Of a stretch of DNA of 64,000 nucleotides, positions 27,596-37,991 are shown one piece after another; within the stretch, counting starts at the first letter, position 1; the number at the start of each line of letters is the position of its first letter. The DNA comes from an uncultured Candidatus Saccharibacteria bacterium (GTDB taxonomy: Bacteria; Patescibacteriota; Saccharimonadia; Saccharimonadales; JALRHH01): NCBI GenBank assembly GCA_964590315.1, contig CAZPVS010000001.1:42926-106925 (forward strand), written 5' to 3'. The notes below the pieces were generated by a model. That model was not told where the DNA came from. It saw only the letters and a list, made by a program, of their open reading frames with translations, and did no database searches. The position numbers were made by a program, and so were the translations under genes.

Positions 27596-27996
27596 CTTCT
27601 AGTATGGATCATCATTGCATGAGGAATGGCACCAGGAAGAGGCTGCCAGAACACCAGAGCAGGCCTAGAACGGCTTGCCCGTACGCCAGTAGTGAATACC
27701 GACGAGCAAGAGTACAGCAATAACCATACCGAGCACCACATCTGCAACAAAGTACAGATCTGGCATCGACGGCATGGTCGGTGGTTTTGTTGTCATCACA
27801 CGCCCCCCTTATTGTGACTACAAATATACAAATTGGTGCGTAAAACTAATTTGCATATCTGTAATCACAACCAGGCACAGCGAAACAGGGAATTTATAAA
27901 GTACGCTGGAGTGTTTACTCGACAGCATCAATTATTGTGTAATATTAAACATAAAAAGTCAATATATGGTGGGCATTAGTAACACCTTATAATGAA

Positions 27997-29631
27997 GTGT
28001 TGATGATGAAGCCCCATGCCAAGCTCCTCAAGCGAGCCAATAAGCGTATATCACTAGGCGGCGCTGCCGTCCTCTTGATTGCGGCTGCGCTTTTTGGGCA
28101 GATGTTGGGGTTCTTGCGCTTGAAGCTGATCAATGCAAACTTTGATGAGCTTGGTCCACAGAGTACCGATGCGTTTTTTGCCGCATTTAAGATACCTGAC
28201 TTCTTCTTCTATACCATTACTGCGGGAGCCCTTGGTGTCGCGTTTATACCTGTTTTGTCGGATTTGTTAGAGAAACACAACCGTAAGGGTGCGTGGGAAC
28301 TTGCGGTAAGCCTTTTGAACCTTCTTGCGGTACTTATGGCTGCAGTCGGAGTAATTATATTTGTGTTTGCCGAAAGTTTACTGCAACTTGTTGCGCCAGG
28401 GCTGACGAATGAGCAGGCGCATACAGCGGCAATCATTATGCGGCTGATCGCGTTTAACCCGTTTTTGTTTACGCTCTCCGGCATCATTACCGCAATGCAG
28501 CAGACTATCGGGAGATTCTTCTTCTTTGCAATCGCTCCCTTCTTCTATAACGGTGCGATTATCGTCAGTGCAATCGTATTCAGTTCCGTCGAACCGACCA
28601 ATGGCGGGCCGGGTGGACTTGGCCTGGTAGGGCTTGGTATTGGCGCACTCGTGGGCGCAATATTGCAGCTGGTCATCGTGAGTATAGGTATGCAGGGTAC
28701 CGGGTTCAAGTGGCGACCGAAAATAATGAAGACGTCCGAACTAAAAGGTGTCTTACAACGTCTGCCGGCCCGTTCGATTGACCAGGGTCTCGATTCTATT
28801 AACAGTATTGTTGAGACACGGTTCGCGAGTAAGCTCGGTACCGGAAACATTTCATACTATGAGAACGCATATACACTTCATACGGTGCCAATTCAACTGG
28901 TTGGAACGACGGTCGCGACAGCGGCCTTCCCGCGTTTGACCGAGCGGTTATCTCAGGGGAGGAAGGATCTCTTCCGCAAGGATTTCCTAATGGTGCTTCG
29001 GGCAATGATATGGGTGATGATGCCGATTGTCGTTATCAGTTACTTCGCCAGAGGCTACCTCTCTCGTTTGATTTTTGCAGAGGGTGTTTCTCAGATCACC
29101 CTGATTTTTGGGTATTTGGCGGGGGCAATCTTCTTCCGGACTATTTATGCCATTATATCGCGGTGGTTCTACGCGCAAAAGGACACCAAAACACCACTTT
29201 TCGTATCACTTTTTACCATTGGGCTTAATATTTATCTGGCATACACCTTATCACAACCGGATGCGTATGGGGTGGCAGGGCTTGCGATGGCGCAATCTAT
29301 TGTGGCGGCGGTTGAAGTACTTATCCTCACGATTATTATGCTCATCCGAGACCATAAATTGTTTGATAGTGAGTTCTGGCACGGAGTACTCCGCATCATG
29401 TCAGTAACTGGGTTTAGTGTACTGGCAGCGTTTATTATGCTCTCACTCTTGCCACTCCAAGCCGATGACGTCGGATTTATCACCTTTGCATCTAAGCTGG
29501 GCGCGATTACGCTCGTAACATTTGGCGTTCACGTTGGTGTGTCACTACTCTTCGGCCTAAGTGAAGCACGACCGATAGTACATAGAGCTAAAGCCATCAT
29601 CCTGAAACCAATCAAACCGATTCGTTTCTAG
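27997..29631 (+). CDS. murJ: lipid II flippase MurJ (MviN)
   Basis: 14-TM layout with the characteristic FFAAFKIPDFFFYTITAGALGVAFIPVLS N-terminal block. Confidence 0.85.
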   Translation: MLMMKPHAKLLKRANKRISLGGAAVLLIAAALFGQMLGFLRLKLINANFDELGPQSTDAFFAAFKIPDFFFYTITAGALGVAFIPVLSDLLEKHNRKGAWELAVSLLNLLAVLMAAVGVIIFVFAESLLQLVAPGLTNEQAHTAAIIMRLIAFNPFLFTLSGIITAMQQTIGRFFFFAIAPFFYNGAIIVSAIVFSSVEPTNGGPGGLGLVGLGIGALVGAILQLVIVSIGMQGTGFKWRPKIMKTSELKGVLQRLPARSIDQGLDSINSIVETRFASKLGTGNISYYENAYTLHTVPIQLVGTTVATAAFPRLTERLSQGRKDLFRKDFLMVLRAMIWVMMPIVVISYFARGYLSRLIFAEGVSQITLIFGYLAGAIFFRTIYAIISRWFYAQKDTKTPLFVSLFTIGLNIYLAYTLSQPDAYGVAGLAMAQSIVAAVEVLILTIIMLIRDHKLFDSEFWHGVLRIMSVTGFSVLAAFIMLSLLPLQADDVGFITFASKLGAITLVTFGVHVGVSLLFGLSEARPIVHRAKAIILKPIKPIRF

Positions 29632-29726
29632 GACACACAACCCATTATTAATCACAGAATAAAATAAGTCGCTGTCAATATATTACTGATTGTATAACAG
29701 GGGTAGATGCGGTATACTCGCATGAG

Positions 29727-31508
29727 ATGAATCAACAAAATATCCGAAACTTTTGCATTATTGCGCACATTGACCATGGCAAGTCGACACTGGCCGACCG
29801 TTTGTTAGAAATGACGGGTACGGTGGAGATGCGTGATATGAAGGCGCAACTACTCGACAGGATGGATTTGGAGCGGGAAAAAGGTATCACGATTAAACTC
29901 GCCCCTGTCAGGATGAGTTATAAAGAATTCGAACTGAACCTGATTGATACGCCAGGCCATGTAGATTTTAGCTACGAGGTATCACGAAGTTTAGAGGCAT
30001 GCGAAGGTGCGCTGCTTGTTGTAGATGCCAGCCAAGGGATTCAGGCCCAGACACTCGCTAACGTATACCTCGCTATGGACGCAGATCTGACGATCATCCC
30101 CGTGCTGAACAAAATAGACTTGCCGGCTGCCGATGTTGATCGGGTGAGCGAAGAAATCATCAGTCTCCTTGGCTGTAAAAAAGAGGATATTCTCCAGATA
30201 TCAGCCAAGACCGGTAAGGGCGTCGATGCAGTGTTGGAGCGAATTGTACACAATGTGCCACCACCCAAGGGCGACACCGCGCTTCCGACGCGGGCACTGA
30301 TATTTGATAGTTATTATGATGATTACCGCGGCGTTATACTCTATGTGCGAACTGTTGACGGTACGATTTCCAAAGGTGAACAGATTCAGATGATGGCCAC
30401 CGGCAGTCAGGGCATTGCACTGGAAGTCGGCGCGCTGAAACCACATATGTCACCACTACCTGCGTTGAATGCGGGTGAAATTGGCTATATCGTCACAAAC
30501 TTGCGGAGCACTCGGGAAGCAAAAGTTGGTGATACCGTGACGGTGGTAAAACACCCGGCCACACAGGTGCTTCCGGGATATAAAGATGTCCAGCCATTTG
30601 TGTATGCTGGATTTTTCCCAGAGAGCAATGAGCAATATAACGAGCTGAAGGAAGCAATTGAGAAATTATCGCTCAGTGATTCGGCATTGGTATGGGAGCC
30701 AGAAAATTCACCGGTGCTTGGTTTTGGTGTTCGGATTGGCTTCCTCGGGTTACTACACATGGATATTGTCCGAGAACGGTTGGAACGCGAATATAACCTC
30801 GACCTTATCGTGACGAATCCTAGTACGGATTATCAGGTAGATCTGACCTCTGGTGAGACACTAGATATTCGTAGTGCTGCTGACCTACCTGAAGTAGCGA
30901 AGATTGCAGAAATTCGTGAACCTTGGATTAAAGGTGAAGTGGTGGTACCGAAGGATTATGTCGGTCCCGTCATACAACTGATCATTAGTAAGCGGGGTAT
31001 TCAGAAGAACTTATCATTTGTTGATGCGCAGTTGGCTGTGGTGGCGTTTGATGCACCACTCGCCAATCTTCTGACAGACTTTTATGACCAGCTCAAAAGC
31101 GTCACGAGTGGCTACGGATCATTCAATTACGAACTCGATACCTATCGCCCTGAAGATTTAGTACGCGTTGATTTTTATATCGCGGGTGACATGGTGGCTG
31201 CCCTGAGTGTCATGGCGCATAAGACTGAGGCGCAGCCACTCGGACGTGACACGGTCAAGAAACTAAAGGAAGTCATTCCCCGTCAGAATTTCCAGGTTGC
31301 ATTACAAGCAGCGGTTGGTGGTCGGTTCATCGCCCGTGAAGATCTCAGCGGATACCGCAAGGATGTCACTGCCAAACTATATGGTGGTGACGTGACGCGG
31401 CGTAAAAAGTTGCTCGAGAAACAGAAAAAAGGCAAGGCACGCATGAAGCGCTTCGGCAAAGTCGATATTCCTGCCGAGGCCTTCACGGTCATGCTCAAAC
31501 GCGATTAA
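29727..31508 (+). CDS. lepA: elongation factor 4 (LepA)
   Basis: NFCIIAHIDHGKSTLADRLLE G1 motif and the LepA-specific C-terminal domain. Confidence 0.95.
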   Translation: MNQQNIRNFCIIAHIDHGKSTLADRLLEMTGTVEMRDMKAQLLDRMDLEREKGITIKLAPVRMSYKEFELNLIDTPGHVDFSYEVSRSLEACEGALLVVDASQGIQAQTLANVYLAMDADLTIIPVLNKIDLPAADVDRVSEEIISLLGCKKEDILQISAKTGKGVDAVLERIVHNVPPPKGDTALPTRALIFDSYYDDYRGVILYVRTVDGTISKGEQIQMMATGSQGIALEVGALKPHMSPLPALNAGEIGYIVTNLRSTREAKVGDTVTVVKHPATQVLPGYKDVQPFVYAGFFPESNEQYNELKEAIEKLSLSDSALVWEPENSPVLGFGVRIGFLGLLHMDIVRERLEREYNLDLIVTNPSTDYQVDLTSGETLDIRSAADLPEVAKIAEIREPWIKGEVVVPKDYVGPVIQLIISKRGIQKNLSFVDAQLAVVAFDAPLANLLTDFYDQLKSVTSGYGSFNYELDTYRPEDLVRVDFYIAGDMVAALSVMAHKTEAQPLGRDTVKKLKEVIPRQNFQVALQAAVGGRFIAREDLSGYRKDVTAKLYGGDVTRRKKLLEKQKKGKARMKRFGKVDIPAEAFTVMLKRD

Positions 31509-31611
31509 AAAAGTACAGAAAACTGGTGATTTACACCTTGTCTGGAGCTGTTAATTCCGGCATAATGTAAAGCACTAATGCTTACAAAAAATAAGGGAAA
31601 ATCGGCACTTA

Positions 31612-32850
31612 ATGGCGAGATTACCAGTACCTGGCAGTGATGATGGCACCTGGGGCGGGGTGCTGAATGATTTCCTGGCCCAGGAGCATAATGCTGATGG
31701 CACCCTCAAGATAAAGACTGACGGTACCCTTGCCGCCAAGGCTAATGATAGTACGGTTGTTCACGTTTCTGGGAACGAATCAATCGGTGGAACGAAAACG
31801 TTCGTGTTGTCGCCGGTAGTTCCCGCTCCCACTCTCGGATCGCAGGTAGCTAATAAAACCTATGTAGATACACAAGTTGCTTCGGGAATACCTGATGGGT
31901 CAGTCACTGCTGCAAAGATTGCAAGCGATGCTGTAGATGATTCTAAGGTTGCCCCGAGTGCGGCTATTGCCCAGAGCAAGGTTGCTAACCTTACGACAGA
32001 CTTAAGTAACAAGGCCGATAGTTCTGCAGTTATCATGCGTTCTATTGCAGATGCCAAAGGCGACCTAATCGTGGCGACCGCGAATGATACGGTAACACGA
32101 CAGGCTGTGGGAGGTGACGGTCAGATTTTGTTTGCAGATTCAGCGGAGCCAACAGGTATACGCTGGGCAAATGCGCCTGCTAGTGGAGAGACAAATACCG
32201 CAAGCAATGTTGGTGCTACTGGTGTCGGTGTGTTCAAGCAAAAAAACGGTGTAAACTTTGAATTTAAGAATATCGCAGCGGCATCTAGCAAAGTCACTGT
32301 CACAGATGATGGCGCAAACGATGAGATTGATGTAGATGTGAATGAAGCTAACTTCAGCGGCATTCCTCAATCGGCTGTGACCGATCTAACCACCGACTTA
32401 GCTGCTAAAGTTGATGATACTGAGAAAGGTGTGGCTAATGGTATAGCAACACTCGATGCGGGCACTAAAATTCCTGTCGGCCAATTACCTACAGCAGCTA
32501 CTGCGAGGGTCCTACCATATTCATATTACGGTAGTTTGATGGTAAGCACGGGCACCTTCCGGCTCTATAATGATAGTGGAACAGATTGGACAGTTACGGG
32601 TGTTCGCGCTTCACTCGGCACGGCGCCAACAGGAACAAGTGTCATTATTGATATCAACAAAAACGGAACAACGTTGTTTACCAACCAAGCCAACAGGCCA
32701 ACTATTGCGATTAGTTCTAATACGTCAGGAAATGTTACAAATATGGATGTCACTACTATTGCAGACGGTGAATACTTAACGGTTGATATCGATCAAGTGG
32801 GCTCCGGAACTAAAGGTGCAGATCTAACAGTACAGGTAGGAGTAGCGTAA
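31612..32850 (+). CDS. phage-tail-fibre-like secreted protein
   Basis: N-terminal [19 protein letters not shown] and an internal [17 protein letters not shown] motif of the kind seen in tail-fibre/receptor-binding proteins. T/S/A/V-rich beta repeats. Confidence 0.45.
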   Translation: MARLPVPGSDDGTWGGVLNDFLAQEHNADGTLKIKTDGTLAAKANDSTVVHVSGNESIGGTKTFVLSPVVPAPTLGSQVANKTYVDTQVASGIPDGSVTAAKIASDAVDDSKVAPSAAIAQSKVANLTTDLSNKADSSAVIMRSIADAKGDLIVATANDTVTRQAVGGDGQILFADSAEPTGIRWANAPASGETNTASNVGATGVGVFKQKNGVNFEFKNIAAASSKVTVTDDGANDEIDVDVNEANFSGIPQSAVTDLTTDLAAKVDDTEKGVANGIATLDAGTKIPVGQLPTAATARVLPYSYYGSLMVSTGTFRLYNDSGTDWTVTGVRASLGTAPTGTSVIIDINKNGTTLFTNQANRPTIAISSNTSGNVTNMDVTTIADGEYLTVDIDQVGSGTKGADLTVQVGVA

Positions 32851-33866
32851 TGGCATTATTGTTTATGGATGGATTTGGTGGCGGCACCGACGCCACTCAG
32901 AAATGGGATATAACGAGTACTGCATACAGTACGCAGACAGCAACGCCCAGAACGCCCGGTTGTTACTATGGGAGGCTAACATCTGTCCGTAACATGTACA
33001 AATCGTTTACCCCTTCTTCGAAAATTGTTATCGGGATAGGCATATTCTCGCCAGATCGAGCGTGGAATTTTAGTTTTAGCGGGGACGGAGGTGTCACAAC
33101 ACACATCACCATCGTATGGAACATGGGAACGGGCATGCTCGAGCTCAGAAGGGGCACCTCGAGCGGGACTCTTCTTGTCACCGGTACGCAACCGTTATAT
33201 CAAAACCAATGGAACTATATTGAAGCATCCGTGACTATATCAGATACCGTAGGTGAGGTGCATGTTCGTCTAAACGGCTCACCCACTGATGAAATATCTT
33301 TTGTAGGAGATACCAAAAACGGAGGTACGAATACGACAGTTGATAAGTTCACTATATACTCTGGAAACGGTGCAGCGTCATATATTAATATCTCAGACTG
33401 TTACATATTGAATGATACCGGAAGCTCTAATAATGATTTCTTAGGTGACGTCGTTGTCCGTACATTAAGCCCGTCTAGTAACGGGACCTACACGCAGCTA
33501 ACTGGCTCTGACGGGAACCAAATCGACAACTATTTGCTTGTTGATGAGCATCCGTATAGCTCAACTGACTATGTGGGTAGCGCGACCCCCGGAGATAAAG
33601 ATACGTACGTATTTGAAGATTTACCGGGTGGTGTAGCTACTGTTCATGCAGTACAGGTAAACGGTATGATGTCGAAAAACGACGGAGGGGTTGCCTCTGC
33701 ACGGTACGTAATACGATCTGCTGGGAGCGATTATCCAGGCACCACACGTGCTTTGACGACCTCATATACGGCATATCAGGAACTGCACGAGACCGATCCT
33801 GCAACAGGAATATCGTGGACACCAGCAGCTGTCAACGACCTTGAGTCGGGCATGGAAGTCATTTAG
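32850..33866 (+). CDS. hypothetical beta-rich (jelly-roll-like) protein
   Basis: Start codon overlaps the upstream stop (translational coupling). S/T/G/N-rich composition. Confidence 0.4.
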   Translation: MALLFMDGFGGGTDATQKWDITSTAYSTQTATPRTPGCYYGRLTSVRNMYKSFTPSSKIVIGIGIFSPDRAWNFSFSGDGGVTTHITIVWNMGTGMLELRRGTSSGTLLVTGTQPLYQNQWNYIEASVTISDTVGEVHVRLNGSPTDEISFVGDTKNGGTNTTVDKFTIYSGNGAASYINISDCYILNDTGSSNNDFLGDVVVRTLSPSSNGTYTQLTGSDGNQIDNYLLVDEHPYSSTDYVGSATPGDKDTYVFEDLPGGVATVHAVQVNGMMSKNDGGVASARYVIRSAGSDYPGTTRALTTSYTAYQELHETDPATGISWTPAAVNDLESGMEVI

Positions 33867-33892
33867 CTAATCGCATACGGTGAGGGATACCC

Positions 33893-35164
33893 ATGAGCTA
33901 TATTACTGAGCAGGACGCAGATACACCTCTTTCTCGCTGGCAATTTGAGGAAGTTGCTGGCAGTACCATTGATGATGATATTACCGCTACCCGTGATGGC
34001 ACCATTAATGGCGGCGTGACACTAAACCAGAGCGGTGCTTTTAATAATAAAGCAGGTGTAGGCGCGGATTTTGACGGTACATCGGGGTATGTGAACTTTG
34101 GGGACGCTGCTGGCTTGCTCGGTATTGGTACTATCGAAGCCGTTGTACAATTCGATACCATTCCAGGTTCTGCTGCCAATCCTATCTTTACACATGCCTG
34201 GTCTGGTGGACAGATTATTCCACTTGCAATTGGCTTCAATATTGATTCTGCCAACGCAGGCAAACTACAGGTAGGTTATTTTACCGGAGCTGTCTGGGTT
34301 ACTGCTACATGGTCAACCGCCCCAACGGCAGGTGTCGCGTATCACATCGTTGGTACGTATGATGGCACTACACTGAAGCTACGCGTTAATGGCAGTGAGG
34401 TCGCCGTGACAACAGTAGGAACGGTTCGTCCAGGCGCAGGTGTCGTTAATGCTTCAGCATACATTGGCCGGAGGTGGGATACGGCACAATATCATGATGG
34501 CCGTATATTCGATGTTGCAATATATGCTGCAGCGCTTAGTGATGTTAGAGCGAATGCTCACTATGCCGCGCTTGCAAATGAGTTTGCGGATAATTTTGCT
34601 GATGCAGGTATTCTATCCGACGGCTATCAGATTTCGGGAATCGATACAACTACGTGGACAACTGAAACAGGAGAGCCGGGGACGATAGATAAAACAGGAT
34701 GGACAACCCTTACTCCAACTGTGTCTGGTCCGCACACTCTTTCTACGGTTGGCTCGGACCATGACACCATTCTCAATGTGTACACCGGAACAATAATTGA
34801 TAGTCTGGTGCTGGTTGCCTCCGATGATGATTCAGGGGGTTCCGGAACATCTTATCTTACGACGCAGCTCACAAGTGGAACGACATATTACGTGCAGGTT
34901 GGATCACCACTTGCTGGGAGTGGAGGTATCCTTTCGTTCAGTGTTTCTCATAATGCGAATGCACAGCTGTCGGCTATTAGCACTGAGGCGCTCGTTCTCG
35001 CATCTGGCGCAGAGCGAACCATGACTGCCATGGCCGTGGAGGCCTTGATAGACACGGGAATTGCCGAGCGGATGATGAGTAGCATATCTGTCGAGGTATT
35101 AGTACCTGCTCGCCTTACTCATGCTGGCTGGGGCGTGCCAGTGCGTCCTCAGGATTGGACATAG
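33893..35164 (+). CDS. LamG-like (Laminin_G_3 / concanavalin-A-like lectin) domain protein
   Basis: FDGTSGYV...VGTYDGTTLKLRVNG matches the Laminin_G_3 signature. C-terminal 3 x 18-aa repeats (ISTEALVLASGAERTMTAM...). Confidence 0.55.
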   Translation: MSYITEQDADTPLSRWQFEEVAGSTIDDDITATRDGTINGGVTLNQSGAFNNKAGVGADFDGTSGYVNFGDAAGLLGIGTIEAVVQFDTIPGSAANPIFTHAWSGGQIIPLAIGFNIDSANAGKLQVGYFTGAVWVTATWSTAPTAGVAYHIVGTYDGTTLKLRVNGSEVAVTTVGTVRPGAGVVNASAYIGRRWDTAQYHDGRIFDVAIYAAALSDVRANAHYAALANEFADNFADAGILSDGYQISGIDTTTWTTETGEPGTIDKTGWTTLTPTVSGPHTLSTVGSDHDTILNVYTGTIIDSLVLVASDDDSGGSGTSYLTTQLTSGTTYYVQVGSPLAGSGGILSFSVSHNANAQLSAISTEALVLASGAERTMTAMAVEALIDTGIAERMMSSISVEVLVPARLTHAGWGVPVRPQDWT

Positions 35165-35168
35165 CCTC

Positions 35169-35630
35169 CTATGGAGTTTGTAAAAGCCGCAGTTCTTTTA
35201 TTATCTCCGCCGCATGGGTTTGCACGTTAACCCTCGGGTATTCTTTGACTATATAACCTTCAGGATTGATAATATATGTCGATCTTGTTATACCAAAAAT
35301 TTCACGGCCGAATAACTTCTTGGGTTTCCATGCACCGTATGCCGAAATCACGATATGGTCGGGGTCGCTTAGTAACGGAAAGTTGAGCCGGTGCTTTGTG
35401 GCGAAACGTTTATGGTCTGCCACACTGTCCATACTGATACCAATTACCTCCGCGTTGCCAAGCTGACGAATCGCTTCGCGGCCATCCCGAAAGTTGCATG
35501 CTTCAGCAGTACACCCCGGTGTATCATCTTTCGGATAAAAATAGAGGACGAGCCATTTCCCCGTGTAGTCTGAAAGACGGTGACGAATACCATTTTGATC
35601 GAGGAGAGAGAAATCCGGTGCTTGTCTCAT
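35169..35630 (-). CDS. bcp: peroxiredoxin (Bcp / PrxQ family thiol peroxidase)
   Basis: APDFSLLDQNG...YFYPKDDTPGCT active-site motif. The internal ATG (MRQAP..) is the likely start rather than the track start at 35708. Confidence 0.8.
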   Translation of the reverse strand: MRQAPDFSLLDQNGIRHRLSDYTGKWLVLYFYPKDDTPGCTAEACNFRDGREAIRQLGNAEVIGISMDSVADHKRFATKHRLNFPLLSDPDHIVISAYGAWKPKKLFGREIFGITRSTYIINPEGYIVKEYPRVNVQTHAAEIIKELRLLQTP

Positions 35631-35685
35631 GTAGATAATATTGTAACACTCTGAATGCACGCAAACTGGTACAATACCTCTTATC

Positions 35686-36420
35686 ATGCACGTAGAACTC
35701 GCCAACAAACAAGCATTCCAGGAAATCCTTGCCCACTATCAGCCTGCACCCGAATCAATCGGTATACTGAGTCGCATCCCCCTGGTTATTTTATTGGGTG
35801 TTTCAGGGAGTGGGCGAAATACCATTATTAATCATCTCGCTAAGACTGGAAAGTATCGGTACATCATTTCCGACACGACTCGTCCTCCCAAGGTACGAGA
35901 CGGCAAAATAGAACAACACGGTGTCAATTATTACTTCCGGAGTGAAGAAGATGTTCTGCAAGATTTACGTGAGGGGAGATTTCTTGAAGCCGAGCTGATA
36001 CATAACCAACAGGTATCCGGCATGAGTATACGTGCTCTGACGGAGGTTGCCGAAAGCGGCAAAATTCCTATTAATGAAGTCGATATTGGTGGTACCGATA
36101 ATATACTGAATGCCAAGCCGGACACACATTTTTTCTTTATTATCCCCCCTAGCTATGAGGAATGGATTCGTCGACTTAATGCGCGTGAAGTTATGACCGA
36201 GAAAGAGCGCAATAACAGAGTCAGTACCGCAATACGTGTCATCGAGAAGGGACTGAAGGAGGACCATTTTACGTTTGTTATCAATGATTCATCGGAAGCA
36301 TCTGCCCACAAAATCGACGAGCAAATACGCGGGGTTCGGGATACCGGTCATCACGATGAAGCCCGCGAGGTGGCTCGACGAATACTTGAGGATATCAAGC
36401 ACCACTACATACTCAGCTAG
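35686..36420 (+). CDS. guanylate-kinase-like family protein
   Basis: P-loop GVSGSGRNT and the DTTRPPKVRDGKIEQHGVNYYF guanylate-kinase signature region. Confidence 0.55.
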   Translation: MHVELANKQAFQEILAHYQPAPESIGILSRIPLVILLGVSGSGRNTIINHLAKTGKYRYIISDTTRPPKVRDGKIEQHGVNYYFRSEEDVLQDLREGRFLEAELIHNQQVSGMSIRALTEVAESGKIPINEVDIGGTDNILNAKPDTHFFFIIPPSYEEWIRRLNAREVMTEKERNNRVSTAIRVIEKGLKEDHFTFVINDSSEASAHKIDEQIRGVRDTGHHDEAREVARRILEDIKHHYILS

Positions 36421-36500
36421 TACATCGTGGCAAATCTTTGACACAATAAAACACTTGCTTTATTGGCATACCTGGAATACCTTAAGTATAAGCAATATAT

Positions 36501-37991
36501 GTGTTGGAAATTATGAAAAAATTACATTTAGTAGTATCAGGTGCCATATTGGCAGTCTTGGGGTTAGCCATAGGTTTCAGCGGTGTTTTTGCTGCAACAG
36601 GAAGTATTTATCTTGCCCCTGCAACAGTTAGTGTGCAAAAAGACAGTAATGTCACAGTCGCTGTTCGTATTAACCCTGGAACAAATGTCGATGGTGTAGA
36701 GGCCAACCTAACGTTTGATACGACCCAACTGAAATTCATCGGATTTAACTCGGCGGGGACTCAGTTCGATGCCAAGTTAATGGAAAAAGTCACTGGTGGG
36801 ACAGTGAATATCGCTCGAGGGAACCTCAGCGGGGGAGTGAGCTCTGATGCCCTGGTCACACAAGTGATATTTCAGGCTGTTGGGAGCGCAGGTAGCATAA
36901 ATGTAAACCTCACGGGCAATGCCACAAGCAGTGGATCATATACATCACCCAATACAAGTGGTGCAACTATAAAGATTACCGTGCCGACTACTCCGCCACC
37001 AACCACTACGCCGACAACCCCACCACCAACACAGGATCCAGCTCCGTCAGCTCCAACTAGTCCTGCGCCTAGTGCTGACCCAGGCACCACTAATACGCCC
37101 CCGACAAACACGAATGGTTCTGATGGATCATCCTCCCCAGGGCAGGCTGCCTCAAGTGGCTCGGCCGTTAATGTAAGTAGTAGTGACATTCAATTCACGA
37201 AAGCTGGCATTGAACTCAAGAGCGAGAAACCTTTTAAAGCTTATATAGTCTATGGCACCAATGGCCAACTAAACTTACAAACTGCGCCAACAGAATTGGG
37301 AACAAAGCATACGGTTGTGCTGGACGAGTCTAAATTACAACCAGGCACCTCGTATCAGTTTAAGATCATCAGTGAAGATGCAAATGGGGTCCGTTCTGAG
37401 TCAACGGCCCAGACATTTAAGACAAAAGGCTACACACTTCGGATAACCATTCTTGGGAAGAGCAATAAACCACTCAAGAAACAGCAGATTACACTCTATT
37501 CTGACCCGCAAAAGGCAAGGACTGACAATAGTGGCGTGGCACTCTTTGACAACGTTAGCCCAGGTACACATACCGTTGAATATGAACAGGATGGTAAGAA
37601 GTACTCCCAAAAAGTATTGGTAGATAACACCGTAGTAACCGGAGGCGACGGGAAACAAACCGCTGAGCCACAGAATATTGCGGTACTGTATGATGATCTC
37701 GAGGTACCAGCTACACAAAATATACTTATACTGAGTAGTATATTTGCAGGGCTGCTCCTGATCGGTGCTCTATTTATCCTAAAGAAATCAGGCTTCGTGG
37801 CACAGAAGAAGTTTGCTTCAGCTCACAGTGTGATAACTACTACGACAGTCTCGCCGCCATCAAGCGCACCAGCAAACGTTACGGAAAAACCTGAAGACAC
37901 TGCTCCTATATTCCAACAACAATACCAGAGCCTCCCACAGCCAGGCTCGACAGTTAACCCCGTTCGAAACGATAATAACGAGGATAAGTGA
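36501..37991 (+). CDS. membrane-anchored surface protein with an N-terminal cohesin-like domain, P/T linker and a carboxypeptidase-regulatory-like beta domain
   Basis: Signal peptide. The cohesin-type block ATVSVQKDSNVTVAVRINPGTNVDGVEANLTFDTTQLKF. A PTTPPPTTTPTTPPPT linker. C-terminal TM helix ILILSSIFAGLLLIGALFIL. Confidence 0.55.
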   Translation: MLEIMKKLHLVVSGAILAVLGLAIGFSGVFAATGSIYLAPATVSVQKDSNVTVAVRINPGTNVDGVEANLTFDTTQLKFIGFNSAGTQFDAKLMEKVTGGTVNIARGNLSGGVSSDALVTQVIFQAVGSAGSINVNLTGNATSSGSYTSPNTSGATIKITVPTTPPPTTTPTTPPPTQDPAPSAPTSPAPSADPGTTNTPPTNTNGSDGSSSPGQAASSGSAVNVSSSDIQFTKAGIELKSEKPFKAYIVYGTNGQLNLQTAPTELGTKHTVVLDESKLQPGTSYQFKIISEDANGVRSESTAQTFKTKGYTLRITILGKSNKPLKKQQITLYSDPQKARTDNSGVALFDNVSPGTHTVEYEQDGKKYSQKVLVDNTVVTGGDGKQTAEPQNIAVLYDDLEVPATQNILILSSIFAGLLLIGALFILKKSGFVAQKKFASAHSVITTTTVSPPSSAPANVTEKPEDTAPIFQQQYQSLPQPGSTVNPVRNDNNEDK

